Positions 44,439 to 53,888 of a stretch of DNA of 64,000 bases are shown in pieces. The position numbers and the translations under genes are program-made. How positions within the stretch are numbered: position 1 is the stretch's first letter; every line of letters starts with the position of its first letter. Origin of the DNA: a virus (lineage: Duplodnaviria; Caudoviricetes). Where the stretch lies: positions 14,130-78,129 of IMG/VR virus record IMGVR_UViG_2541048004_000003, one strand, 5' to 3'. A model generated the notes under the pieces. The model had not been told where the DNA came from, did not search any database, and saw nothing but the letters and a program-made list of their open reading frames with translations.

Positions 44439-45167
44439 TTACTTCTCCTGCGTCAGATTGACGGTCACCTTCTTGGATGAATCAGACACCAGTGTCAGTA
44501 TCAATGTGCCCGTCTTGGGACTTGACGTCCCGTTATTGGCAGCCGTGATGACTAAGCAGTTGCCATCCTGCGCCACGGTGAAGTCGGTGTGCGAGCCCGA
44601 CAATGTGAGAGGGCCTGAAGCCGATACGCGAAGCACCTTCGTGCCTCCCGCCTTGGGAAAATTCACCGTTTCCGCATCCACCATCACTCCCGGTGTGGTA
44701 GGCTCGATGGAGTAAGGAGATGAACCGTCGGCCGGGGAAAGCATCTCGGCTTCGCAGTCCATATACAGATTCCCCGAATTGCCCAGTTTGCCACGGATAA
44801 ATCCGCTCAAAGCCACCTTCTTGACACGGATGGTCTGTCCCGTACCCGTCTTGATGACAAGAACACCTTCTTTTGTTTCCATCTTCTCCGGCGCGTCCCA
44901 TTTCTCGCCCGTCACCTTGCCACCCGCGATATCGGCCATGTGTTGTGCTACGAGCTGAATCATCTGAAACGTCAGTGTCGTGGTTCCGGGATTCGATACT
45001 ACTTTCTTCACCGGGCCGGTGCGCACCTGTGCGGCAAAAAGTTTGTTGTAAGTAGGCTTGTCGCCCCCGAATTCAATACCTTCCTCGGAGATGTTTCCAA
45101 GCACCTTGCCGCCGAAGCTCACTTCGTCCAGCAGCATCATGTATCCGTCATTGATTCCATTTTCCAT
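44439..45167 (-). CDS. Major tail tube protein with C-terminal BACON/Ig-like domain
   Basis: Tube core plus VNFPKAGGTK...NNG...KTGTLILTL...VTVNLTQ. Confidence 0.75.
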   Translation of the reverse strand: MENGINDGYMMLLDEVSFGGKVLGNISEEGIEFGGDKPTYNKLFAAQVRTGPVKKVVSNPGTTTLTFQMIQLVAQHMADIAGGKVTGEKWDAPEKMETKEGVLVIKTGTGQTIRVKKVALSGFIRGKLGNSGNLYMDCEAEMLSPADGSSPYSIEPTTPGVMVDAETVNFPKAGGTKVLRVSASGPLTLSGSHTDFTVAQDGNCLVITAANNGTSSPKTGTLILTLVSDSSKKVTVNLTQEK

Positions 45168-45185
45168 AATTCTTTTATTTTTCTT

Positions 45186-45722
45186 TTAACAAATCTTTAA
45201 ACGCCGTTTAATCAACGTTAGAGCAAGGAAAAAAACGGCTATCCTCCCTGTCCATATCTGGAACCACTGCCACCCGGTAGGTTCTCTTATCACCTTTGGC
45301 GGCAGTTCTTTATCCTGCTTCGCGGTCTCGTTGCGGATGCGGGTCAACTCCTCGTTCAGTATCATCACTTCCCGGGCAAGGCTGTCGCAGGTGGCTGTCA
45401 CTTCCAGACTGTTCTCCGATATACGTGTCACGTTCACCGTAGCCCGCCCGCAGCGCTTACTGAATCCCGTCCCCACCGGTATCGCTTTCAGCAAGTCCGT
45501 CGGAAAAGTCGTCTTCGCCATACTCGGCGGTACCGGTTCTTGCAGGCGCACGAATCGTTTTGCGCTTTGCAGACTGTCTGCGCTGCGTTCGTTCCGTGCC
45601 AATCGCCCCGGACTTCTGCAGCTCGTTGCGAATAGGGCAATCAGCATAATACTTGCAAGTGGAAGCCCTCTGAATGGTGCTGTTAAGCTCACGCACCGCC
45701 TTGTATAGTTTAATATTCTCAT
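45186..45722 (-). CDS. Lipoprotein, o-spanin-like (start uncertain)
   Basis: Lipobox LFATSC; overlaps 45457..45900 in another frame. Confidence 0.6.
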   Translation of the reverse strand: MRILNYTRRCVSLTAPFRGLPLASIMLIALFATSCRSPGRLARNERSADSLQSAKRFVRLQEPVPPSMAKTTFPTDLLKAIPVGTGFSKRCGRATVNVTRISENSLEVTATCDSLAREVMILNEELTRIRNETAKQDKELPPKVIREPTGWQWFQIWTGRIAVFFLALTLIKRRLKIC

Positions 45723-45900
45723 TCTGCAGATCGATTATAGTGTCCGACAAATTGTCATACATCTCTTTGTAAGTGTCGTTGCGCTCTTTGGCAGCGAGCA
45801 CTTTCCGATTCTCCCTGTGTCTGAGCCATACCCACAACGAACCGATAAAGCCGCTGGGCAAGAGCCACTGGAGAATCTGCGTTATCAGTTCCGTTGTCAT
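45457..45900 (-). CDS. i-spanin/holin-like membrane protein
   Basis: N-terminal TM helix, coiled coil, CKYYADC. Confidence 0.6.
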   Translation of the reverse strand: MTTELITQILQWLLPSGFIGSLWVWLRHRENRKVLAAKERNDTYKEMYDNLSDTIIDLQNENIKLYKAVRELNSTIQRASTCKYYADCPIRNELQKSGAIGTERTQRRQSAKRKTIRAPARTGTAEYGEDDFSDGLAESDTGGDGIQ

Positions 45901-45902
45901 GG

Positions 45903-46307
45903 CTAACCGTTAATCACTAAATCCCATCCCGCCTCTACGTCCGCCATCACTGCCGGCACGCCGTTCTCAACCCTACTCATCGCCGCTGCCAGACTGCACA
46001 TCGTTCGGCGGTTGTCCACATCGATGCGACGGTCGGCATCCAGCCCGGTGAGCTTGCACACGGTGGATATATAGCCTTTCGTGTCGTTCTCCGAGGGCGG
46101 TGCCCACCGGCTGATGATGGTACGTACCGTGTGGCATCCATACACCAATGAGTAGTTCCGAAGCAGCTTCAGGGCCGCCCGATAGCCGTAGGCCGGAGAA
46201 CGGAACTGGCAGAAGGCTTTGTCCTGCGAGGGGCGAACCTCCCCCTGCCACGGCGTGCGTGACAGGCGGATGTTCAGGGGATTATTATTCTTCAATCCTC
46301 GACTCAT
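45903..46307 (-). CDS. Lysozyme-like endolysin/virion protein
   Basis: RGLKNNNPLNIR, IISRWAPPSENDT, AAAMSRVENG. Confidence 0.75.
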   Translation of the reverse strand: MSRGLKNNNPLNIRLSRTPWQGEVRPSQDKAFCQFRSPAYGYRAALKLLRNYSLVYGCHTVRTIISRWAPPSENDTKGYISTVCKLTGLDADRRIDVDNRRTMCSLAAAMSRVENGVPAVMADVEAGWDLVING

Positions 46308-46309
46308 TG

Positions 46310-47503
46310 CTACTTACCGTTGGCTTGGAACAATTCGATGACTGCTTTCTTGGACGCGCTACCACCGAGTGTCAGCGTCAGCGTACCCGTCTTGTCTGCT
46401 TCCGTGCCGTTGGCCTCCGTCGTTACGCGGACACCGAACTCGGTCTTCTCAGCCTTAAACCCGGAAGGAGCCTCGCCGATGGTATAATCACCTGTTGCAG
46501 TCACAACCCCTATCTGTGTGCCGCCTTCGGCAGGGAATACCAGTTCCTGCGGCTCTACCGTAATGGATGGCTCGGCTGCCGCACCGCGCTTGTCCAGCAC
46601 CACGCACTCCTCGCCGAATGCCACGTTGGTGTCGGCCTTCATCAACATCTTGAAAAAGTAACGCTCGCCGGCGTTGGTCAGCTTGTCGATCTGGATCACG
46701 TCCATGTCATCTTGCAAGTTCACTGCGCCCCAAAGGTTGGTATCGTAGTCCTGTCCGCAGATGGTGGCCACGATCAGATCACTCGGCCAGTTGGCCAACG
46801 GCTCGATGCGGATGCCTTTGAAGCGCTCCACGTTCATGTCCGTATAGTTGGCTCCCTTGTTGGGCTGTGCCGTCAGCTCATCGTCGTACCTGTCGAAGTC
46901 CGCAACGGACATTAGGATACGCAATCCGGGGTTGCTGCGCATGGTCACGGGGATCTTATCCTTCAAGTCCTTCAGGCGGCCGATCATGGTCGACTGGGAA
47001 GAGGTGACGGTGATGCGCTCATTGTTGCTCATGATCCGGGTAACAATACCGTTAAACAGTTTGTCATCTCCCGTTTCGGCGTACACGCCGTTGATGAAGT
47101 GCCCGCCCAACTCGAACTTGACGCACTTGGCCAGTTCGTTCAACAGGGCGTTCTGCGCCTCGGCGGGAAGCTCGGCGAACACGAGGTTGCCCTTGGGCTG
47201 CCACTTGCGCCAGATTTTCTCGAAGCTCCGGGGGTTGAACGTGGTGAAAGCCATGAAGTCCTTTGGTTCCAGCGTCACTTCACTGTAATCGAAGTTACCC
47301 TTGCCGTCCTCGTCGGTGGGCATCTCCTTGCGTTTCTGAAGCATCTTGCCACCCTTCAGGCGGGGAATGCTGAACTTGTCGTTCACACCCGGCTCGATGT
47401 GAATAAGACCTTTTTCTACCAGTTCGTTACCGGTGGCGGCCAGTGTCAGGAGCTTCTCCAGTACCTCGCCGCTGTAATTGGTGTTTTTGATAATTATTGC
47501 CAT
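46310..47503 (-). CDS. Major capsid protein with C-terminal BACON/Ig-like domain
   Basis: Follows the Clp protease; NYSGEVLEKLL start; ITVEPQELVFPAEGG C-terminal module. Confidence 0.8.
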   Translation of the reverse strand: MAIIIKNTNYSGEVLEKLLTLAATGNELVEKGLIHIEPGVNDKFSIPRLKGGKMLQKRKEMPTDEDGKGNFDYSEVTLEPKDFMAFTTFNPRSFEKIWRKWQPKGNLVFAELPAEAQNALLNELAKCVKFELGGHFINGVYAETGDDKLFNGIVTRIMSNNERITVTSSQSTMIGRLKDLKDKIPVTMRSNPGLRILMSVADFDRYDDELTAQPNKGANYTDMNVERFKGIRIEPLANWPSDLIVATICGQDYDTNLWGAVNLQDDMDVIQIDKLTNAGERYFFKMLMKADTNVAFGEECVVLDKRGAAAEPSITVEPQELVFPAEGGTQIGVVTATGDYTIGEAPSGFKAEKTEFGVRVTTEANGTEADKTGTLTLTLGGSASKKAVIELFQANGK

Positions 47504-47509
47504 AACTCT

Positions 47510-48550
47510 TTATTTGTTTTTGTTTCGGTTCCTGATTTCTTCCATCCGGGCATCCCATGCGCTCCGGCCGCTTCCCTGAGGAGGTGTCTGCAAGCTGTTC
47601 TCCACGAATTTCTTCGGCTTCAACGCTTTCAATGCGGCTTCGCCGTTCACGCGGTCAGCCTTCAGCAAGGCCTTGTAGGTGGCGCGCATTGCTGAGGTAA
47701 GGCGCCCGTCTTCCTCGGCATCGTCCAGCATCTGTTCCATTTCCGCCTCCCGGGCTTCCGCTTCCTTGCGGGCATACTCTTCGTTCTCGGTTTTCAGCCG
47801 GTCACGCTCCTCGGTCAGCGAGGATACTTTCTCGGCTTCCTGCTCCAGATGCTCGATGTGCCGGAGCGCATCTTCGTCGGTCGCGCAATCCTTGAACGAC
47901 GGACGTTTTCTCAATTCTTCCAAATTCATATCTGTGTGGTTTTGTGGCTTGTTCAGCCGGTTATTGAATATCCTGTAGATTTGCTCGGGCGTGCTGTCGG
48001 CAGGCACGGGGTCGGCATCGTAGATTTCGTCTATAAGTCCCAGCGTCAATGCCTCCTCGGCTGTGAACCAATGGTCCGTGCCGTCGAACCACTCCGACCG
48101 TATGGTTTCCCTTTCCTTGCCGCAACGCCCGGCGTAGATGTCGCACAGCGTCTCCTCGAGACTCTCGAGCATCGACATGACCGATGCCATTTCGCGGGCG
48201 TTGCCATACGAGCCACCCGAAGGGGCATGTATCATCAGCCGGGCATAACGGCTCATCTTGACCGGTTTTCCGCATGCGGCAATCACGCTTCCCATGGAGG
48301 CGGCTACACCGTCAATATAAATGGTGATGTCCGCCGCGCTCTGCCGGAACGCATTGAAAATAGCAAGACCGGTGAACACGTCACCGCCCACGCTGTTGAT
48401 GCGCACGTCTATCTTTCGGCCGCCGGACTCGGCCTCAATCAGTTCGCGGGCTATGTCACCGCTGTTCACCCGGTCATATTCGCCTATCTCTCCGTACAGC
48501 AGAATGCAGGCGGATTCCTTGCCCGGTATCATGTTGAAATATCTGCCCAT
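47510..48550 (-). CDS. ClpP-like prohead protease with scaffold tail
   Basis: RINSVGGDV, IDGVAASMGS, LMIHAPS, WFTAEEAL.LGLID. Confidence 0.92.
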   Translation of the reverse strand: MGRYFNMIPGKESACILLYGEIGEYDRVNSGDIARELIEAESGGRKIDVRINSVGGDVFTGLAIFNAFRQSAADITIYIDGVAASMGSVIAACGKPVKMSRYARLMIHAPSGGSYGNAREMASVMSMLESLEETLCDIYAGRCGKERETIRSEWFDGTDHWFTAEEALTLGLIDEIYDADPVPADSTPEQIYRIFNNRLNKPQNHTDMNLEELRKRPSFKDCATDEDALRHIEHLEQEAEKVSSLTEERDRLKTENEEYARKEAEAREAEMEQMLDDAEEDGRLTSAMRATYKALLKADRVNGEAALKALKPKKFVENSLQTPPQGSGRSAWDARMEEIRNRNKNK

Positions 48551-48720
48551 GTCTCTTTCGTTTTTTGGGCAAAATTAGGGTATGTCACGTAGCGTGTCAA
48601 GACGTATATTACATGATAAAACTTTATAAATCAATCATGTATGATTGTACTTCCATGCTGCGTTAAGGGTGTTGACTTTCATCCGATATAACACCAATTT
48701 TGCATGAAAAAAGAGACGTT

Positions 48721-49164
48721 ATGGCAGAATTGACGACACAGCAGAAAAAAGAATACGCGGGGATGCTCTACCTGAAAGAGAACCTGACAATGCAAGAGAT
48801 TGCCGAGAAGGTGAACGTGACCCGGCAGACCGTTTCCCGGTGGATTAAAGCCGAGAAATGGGAGGAGCGGAAAGTGGGCATCACCCTGACCCGTGAGGAG
48901 CAGATTGCAAACTTGCACCGGCAGGTGGCGGAGATAAACAAGGTGATCGGAGAAAGGGAAGCCGGCAAGCGGTTTGCCAGCCCAGCCGAAGCCGATACGC
49001 TCGGCAAGTTGGCGGCCGCCATCAAGAAGTTGGAGAACGACGTAGGGCTGTCCGACATCATCAGCGTGGGCATGCGCTTCATCGACTGGCTGCGACCCGT
49101 AGACCTCGAACGAGCTAAGGAGTTCACCGCATTGTGGGATGCTTTTATAAAGGACAGCCTATGA
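48721..49164 (+). CDS. Terminase small subunit-like HTH protein (DUF1804-like)
   Basis: MAELTTQQKKEYA..LY, TMQEIAEKVNVTRQTVSRW; precedes TerL. Confidence 0.7.
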   Translation: MAELTTQQKKEYAGMLYLKENLTMQEIAEKVNVTRQTVSRWIKAEKWEERKVGITLTREEQIANLHRQVAEINKVIGEREAGKRFASPAEADTLGKLAAAIKKLENDVGLSDIISVGMRFIDWLRPVDLERAKEFTALWDAFIKDSL

Positions 49165-50690
49165 AAGCGATAGACAAAGAACATCTGGCCAAGTGGGAGG
49201 TGTTCCGGGAGGACATCTTCCGCGACACGCCCGTGGAGGTTAGCCTGAGCCGGGGCGAGATGGAGAAGCACAAGGCGTACCTGGAGAAGCACCCTTTGGA
49301 ATGGATCAAGTTCTTCTTCCCGAAGGCGGCGAAGTGTGAGTTCGCCGATTTCCAGAAGAAAGCGATTGCACGCTGCACAGAGAATGACGAGTGGTACGAG
49401 GTGCTTTCGTGGGCGCGGAGCCTCGCCAAGAGTACCATCGTGATGTTCGTCGTGCTCTATCTCGTCTTTACCGGCCGGAAGCTCAACATCATCATGGCGA
49501 GCGCCACGCAGGATGCCGCCATCCGCCTGCTGAAACCCTACAAGACACACCTGGAGAAAAACGGGCGGCTGCGCGCCTATTACGGCAACCAGGTGCAGGC
49601 AGGCTCGTGGAAAGACTCCGAGTTCGTCCTGAAGATGGGCGTGTCGTTCCTCGCCGTGGGAGCGGGAAACGCACCGCGCGGCGCGCGTAACGAGGAGGTG
49701 CGCCCGGATACGCTGCTGGTGGATGACTTCGACACCGATGAGGGATGCCGCAACCCGGACACCGTGGAAAAGAACTGGCGGTGGTGGGAAGATGCGCTCT
49801 ACTTTACACGGGACCCGGCACGTCCCACACTTGTGGTGTTCTGCGGAAACATCATCGCCAAGGATTGCTGCATCACCCGCGCCGGGGCCGTGGCCGACCA
49901 CTGGGACATCGTGAATATCCGGGACAAGGAGGGACGGTCTGTTTGGCCGCAGAAAAACTCGGAAGCGGATATAGACAGAGCCATAAGCAAGGTAACGACC
50001 GTGGCGGCGCAGAAAGAATACTTCAACAACCCCATCAGCGAGGGCGAAATATTTACCGACATAACCTACGGCAAAATACCCCCGCTGCGTAAGTTCCCTT
50101 TCCTCGTGATATACGGCGACCCCTCGCCGGGAGAGAACAAGAGCAAGGATTCCAGCATGAAGGCCTGCTGGCTCTGCGGGAAGCTGGGCGGAACGCTTTA
50201 CGTCATCAAGGGATTCCTCAACCGGGGGCTGAACGCCGAGTTCATCGACTGGTACATCAGGCTGAACGCCTACGTGGATGGAAAGACCAACGTCTACTGC
50301 TACATGGAGAATAACAAGCTGCAAGACCCATTCTTCCGGCAGGTATTCTTGCCGTTAGTACGCAAGGCTCGGGAGGAGCGGGGCATAAGCCTGAACATCC
50401 TGCCGGACACCGAGAAGAAAACGGACAAGGCCACGCGTATAGAGGCCAATCTGGAGCCTCTGAACAGGGAGGGCGATCTGATATTCAACGAGCAGGAAGA
50501 GAAGAACCCGCACATGCAGCGGCTGGCCGACCAGTTCAAGCTCTTCACGCTGCGCCTGAAGTTCCCCGCCGACGGTCCTGACTGCATAGAAGGTGCCAAC
50601 CGCATACTCGACAACAAGTTGCTGAAGTCGCAACCTGCCGCCGTCATTCCCCGTAAAGTGCTGCGGGGCAAGAACAAGTACAGAATGTAA
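49161..50690 (+). CDS. Terminase large subunit
   Basis: WARSLAKST Walker A variant, LLVDDFD, YGDPS, DGPDCIEG. Confidence 0.85.
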   Translation: MKAIDKEHLAKWEVFREDIFRDTPVEVSLSRGEMEKHKAYLEKHPLEWIKFFFPKAAKCEFADFQKKAIARCTENDEWYEVLSWARSLAKSTIVMFVVLYLVFTGRKLNIIMASATQDAAIRLLKPYKTHLEKNGRLRAYYGNQVQAGSWKDSEFVLKMGVSFLAVGAGNAPRGARNEEVRPDTLLVDDFDTDEGCRNPDTVEKNWRWWEDALYFTRDPARPTLVVFCGNIIAKDCCITRAGAVADHWDIVNIRDKEGRSVWPQKNSEADIDRAISKVTTVAAQKEYFNNPISEGEIFTDITYGKIPPLRKFPFLVIYGDPSPGENKSKDSSMKACWLCGKLGGTLYVIKGFLNRGLNAEFIDWYIRLNAYVDGKTNVYCYMENNKLQDPFFRQVFLPLVRKAREERGISLNILPDTEKKTDKATRIEANLEPLNREGDLIFNEQEEKNPHMQRLADQFKLFTLRLKFPADGPDCIEGANRILDNKLLKSQPAAVIPRKVLRGKNKYRM

Positions 50691-50709
50691 CATTAAACAC
50701 ACCATACCC

Positions 50710-51135
50710 ATGAGTAGATTTATCGAATTGAAAGATTACGACGCCACGATGCACCGCGACATACTCGATGCGCTGACACGCGAGGACAAGGTCCTGCCTG
50801 AGGTTTGCGCCGACCGCGCCGTGGGCGAGATGCGGGGATACCTCTCCGCCCGATACGACTGTGACAGACTGTTCGCCGCCACCGGCACCGACCGCAACCC
50901 GGTTGTGCTGATGATAGCCCTCGACATTGCCGCCTACCACCTGTTCAGCATCCACAACCCGCAGAAGATGTCGCAGGTGCGCAAGGACCGTTACGACCGC
51001 GCGGTGGAATGGATGAAAGGCGTGCAGCGGGGTAACGTGCTCATCGACGGAGCGCCAAGCCTGCCCGAACCCGGGCGTAGCGGGAACTCGCCCTTTCAAA
51101 TGAGAAGCAATCCCAAACGAAGGAACCACTTTTAA
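50710..51135 (+). CDS. Mu gp36-like head-tail adaptor (DUF1320)
   Basis: AVGEMRGYLSARYD, DIAAYHLF, RYDRAVEWMK. Confidence 0.85.
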   Translation: MSRFIELKDYDATMHRDILDALTREDKVLPEVCADRAVGEMRGYLSARYDCDRLFAATGTDRNPVVLMIALDIAAYHLFSIHNPQKMSQVRKDRYDRAVEWMKGVQRGNVLIDGAPSLPEPGRSGNSPFQMRSNPKRRNHF

Positions 51136-51146
51136 ACCAATACAAC

Positions 51147-52484
51147 ATGAGAAAGAATACATACAGGAAGACTGGCCGGCGGATCACCGCAGGCGGCCTT
51201 CGTCCGCTGCCGGGGCAAAATACGTCCCGCACCATCGTACTGATGCAGCCCAAACGCTTCGGCATAGACATCGACACCGTCGTGTCGGCCATCAACGCAG
51301 CCGAGAACGTGGACTTCTGCCGACGGGCCAAACTCTACGACCTCTATGCCGACATTCTGATGGACGCACACCTGACGGCCGTCATCAACAAACGCAAGAG
51401 TGCCGTGCTATGCACGCCTGTGGAGTTCCACCGAGGCGGAGTACCCGACGAGGAGATATGCGAGATGCTACGCTCGCCCTGGTTCTACCGCTTCCGCAGC
51501 GATGCCATGGACGCCCTGTTCTGGGGATTTACACTCGTACAGTTCCACCGCAACGGACAGTGGCCGGACTATTTCCTCGTGCCCCGCAAGCACGCAGACC
51601 CCGTGCGTGAGGAGATATTCCGCCATCAGACGGACATCACCGGCGAACCCTGGACGGAGTATGACGACCTGCTGTTTATCGGGAGCCGCACCGAACTCGG
51701 GCTGCTGGCGCAGGCGGCCCCCTACGTGGTGTACAAACGCAACACGCTGGCCGACTGGGCGCAGTTCTCCGAGGTCTTCGGCATGCCCGTGCGCGAGTAC
51801 CTCTACGACGCCAACGACCCCGAAGCCCGGGCGCAGATACTCAATGATGCCTATAACGAAGGCGGGGCGGGCGTATACGTGCATCCCAAGGACAGTGAGA
51901 TGAAGTTCGTGGAAAGCAACGGGAAGACGGCCAGCGCCGACCTGTATGAACGCCTGACGGAGCGGTGCAACGCAGAAATATCCAAGCTCATACTGGGCAA
52001 CACCCTGACCACCGAAGCATCGTCCACCGGAACGCAGGCCCTTGGAACGGTACACCGCAAGGTGGAGGACAGGCTGGCGCAAGCCGACCGCAAATACCTG
52101 CTTGACCTGCTGAACTACGAGATGACGGATATCTTCTCCGCCATGGGCATCGACACCTCGGGCGGGAAGTTCCTATTCAAGGAGCCGAAGGACATCGACC
52201 TGAACCAGCGCATGGAAATCGCCTCGAAAATGGATGCACTGGGGCTGCCGTTGGACGAGGAGCAGCTGTACGAGGAGACGGGATTCCGCAAGCCGGCTGA
52301 CTACGAGCAGCGAAAACGTGAACACAGGGATGTTGTTCCTCCCGTACCCGTCGGGAAAGACAAAACGGAGAAGCCGGAAAAGCCGGAAGAGGAACCGGCG
52401 GACGACAAGGAAAAAGGAGTATTCAAGGCCTTGAAGCGTTTTTTCGGCCAAGCCCCCAGAGGCGAGGGGGCTTTAGGCTGGTAG
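51147..52484 (+). CDS. Portal protein (Mu gp29/DUF935)
   Basis: DAHLTAVINKRK, WAQFSEVFGMP, ISKLILGNTLT, ALGTVH. Confidence 0.9.
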   Translation: MRKNTYRKTGRRITAGGLRPLPGQNTSRTIVLMQPKRFGIDIDTVVSAINAAENVDFCRRAKLYDLYADILMDAHLTAVINKRKSAVLCTPVEFHRGGVPDEEICEMLRSPWFYRFRSDAMDALFWGFTLVQFHRNGQWPDYFLVPRKHADPVREEIFRHQTDITGEPWTEYDDLLFIGSRTELGLLAQAAPYVVYKRNTLADWAQFSEVFGMPVREYLYDANDPEARAQILNDAYNEGGAGVYVHPKDSEMKFVESNGKTASADLYERLTERCNAEISKLILGNTLTTEASSTGTQALGTVHRKVEDRLAQADRKYLLDLLNYEMTDIFSAMGIDTSGGKFLFKEPKDIDLNQRMEIASKMDALGLPLDEEQLYEETGFRKPADYEQRKREHRDVVPPVPVGKDKTEKPEKPEEEPADDKEKGVFKALKRFFGQAPRGEGALGW

Positions 52485-53737
52485 TGGAGGACCTGTACTA
52501 CAACGATTCCTGCCCTTCGTGCGCCGCTTTCAGGGGTGAGGCGGCACAAGGATTCACCTTCGATAAAGAAGTGCTTAAACAGGCTTTAAAGACCATTTAT
52601 AAGCAGGACTTTTCTCCTACCGCGGACATCGAGGAGCATCTTTTCGATGAGACCTTCGCCACCTTCGGCCGTGCCATAGACGAGGGGTACGGCAAGCCCG
52701 CGCCGGGGGCATCGAACGAGGGCTTCTATCACGAGCTGCGCCGCAACGCCGCTGTGTTCTCTGCCTTCAAGGTGCACCGCCTGCAGAACGACATCGCCGC
52801 GCAACTGGTGAACGGGAACGGGCAGCTGAAGCCGTTCGAGCGCTTTGCCGAGGATGTCCGCCCCATGCTCGACCACCAAGTGGAACGGTGGCTGCGCACC
52901 GAATACGACACCGCCGTTATCCGTGCCCATCAGGCGGCGGACTGGCGCAAGTACATGGAGCAAGCCCACATCCTGCCCAACCTGCGGTGGCTGCCTACCA
53001 CCAGCGCCACGCCCGACATCGTGCACAAGCAGTTCTGGAGCATCGAACTGACCCTCCCCGTTGGACATCCCTTCTGGAATGCACACCGCCCGGGAGACCG
53101 CTGGAACTGCCACTGCTCGCTCGAAGCTACGGATGATGCCCCCACGCCGGGACACGAGATTCCGAAAACCACTCCGCAGAACAAGTCCGCGCCGGGACTG
53201 GACAACAACCCAGGCACGGACGCGAAGCTCTTCAGTGACACACATCCCTACGTGGCGCATGCCTATAAAGGGGCGAAAAAGGCGGTGGAGAAGTTCATCA
53301 AGGAGAAGTTCCCCGACAAGGCAAGTGTCAAGGTGGAGCCGAAGCACGACGAACCGAAAAGCTATGCCGCGCGGACAAAGGAGATAAAGAAAGCGGCCGC
53401 ACCGCTGAAAGAAGAGATATTCGTAAACAAGCGGTTTAAAAAAGACATCCGCATCACCGGGCGAGGCATTAAAGAATGGCTCAACCAGCCACACGAGCAT
53501 TATGCGCACAAGAACGAACTACTGCTGCGCATGGGCGATGTGATGAAGAAAGCCAAATACATGGGCTACGGAAAGGATAAGCATGACCCTTCTGTTAAGG
53601 CGCATCTGTTCGAGGTGAAGATACTGGGTGATAAATCGTGGATTATCGTGCGCGAGTTGAAACCCGGACGGGTGGAGATTTATAGCATATCGGACAGCCC
53701 GAGGATATTGGATATCATAGAAAAACCGACCTCCTGA
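52484..53737 (+). CDS. MuF minor head protein with C-terminal putative BECR-like (LPD3/PBECR-type) domain
   Basis: WLRTEYDTA, PGDRWNCHCSL, LDNNPG MuF core; about 125-aa alpha/beta extension after about 53350. Confidence 0.8.
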   Translation: MEDLYYNDSCPSCAAFRGEAAQGFTFDKEVLKQALKTIYKQDFSPTADIEEHLFDETFATFGRAIDEGYGKPAPGASNEGFYHELRRNAAVFSAFKVHRLQNDIAAQLVNGNGQLKPFERFAEDVRPMLDHQVERWLRTEYDTAVIRAHQAADWRKYMEQAHILPNLRWLPTTSATPDIVHKQFWSIELTLPVGHPFWNAHRPGDRWNCHCSLEATDDAPTPGHEIPKTTPQNKSAPGLDNNPGTDAKLFSDTHPYVAHAYKGAKKAVEKFIKEKFPDKASVKVEPKHDEPKSYAARTKEIKKAAAPLKEEIFVNKRFKKDIRITGRGIKEWLNQPHEHYAHKNELLLRMGDVMKKAKYMGYGKDKHDPSVKAHLFEVKILGDKSWIIVRELKPGRVEIYSISDSPRILDIIEKPTS

Positions 53738-53838
53738 CAAGGATTCCGCGGAACTGCAATCCGCGGCCTGAATCAGAAAGCCGGCCTTTACACCCAAGCC
53801 ACGGCCGGAACTATAATCCGGCAAGCCTGAAGGTGTAC
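53726..53838 (-). ncRNA. Candidate antisense RNA with two anticodon-stem-loop-like hairpins
   Basis: Tandem structured units; G.U pairs favour the minus strand; TATCTTTG -7 box at 53841-53848. Confidence 0.6.
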
Positions 53839-53840
53839 CG

Positions 53841-53848
53841 CAAAGATA
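53841..53848 (-). promoter_or_regulatory. Bacteroidota -7 box facing the MuF 3' end
   Basis: TATCTTTG on minus strand, with a TTTG 22 nt upstream (53871-53874). Confidence 0.6.
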
Positions 53849-53888
53849 CGACTATTTAATTAATAAACAACAAATTGAACCAGTTTTT

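Noticed and set aside
48768-50324. 518-aa minus-strand ORF opposite the terminase
   Set aside because: Antisense shadow of a GC-rich coding gene with no recognisable motifs; the same applies to most alternative-frame ORFs in the track.
53726-53838. Annotating the hairpins as true tRNA genes
   Set aside because: No D arm, no TTC T-loop in the right place and no CCA acceptor geometry; only anticodon-arm-like hairpins.
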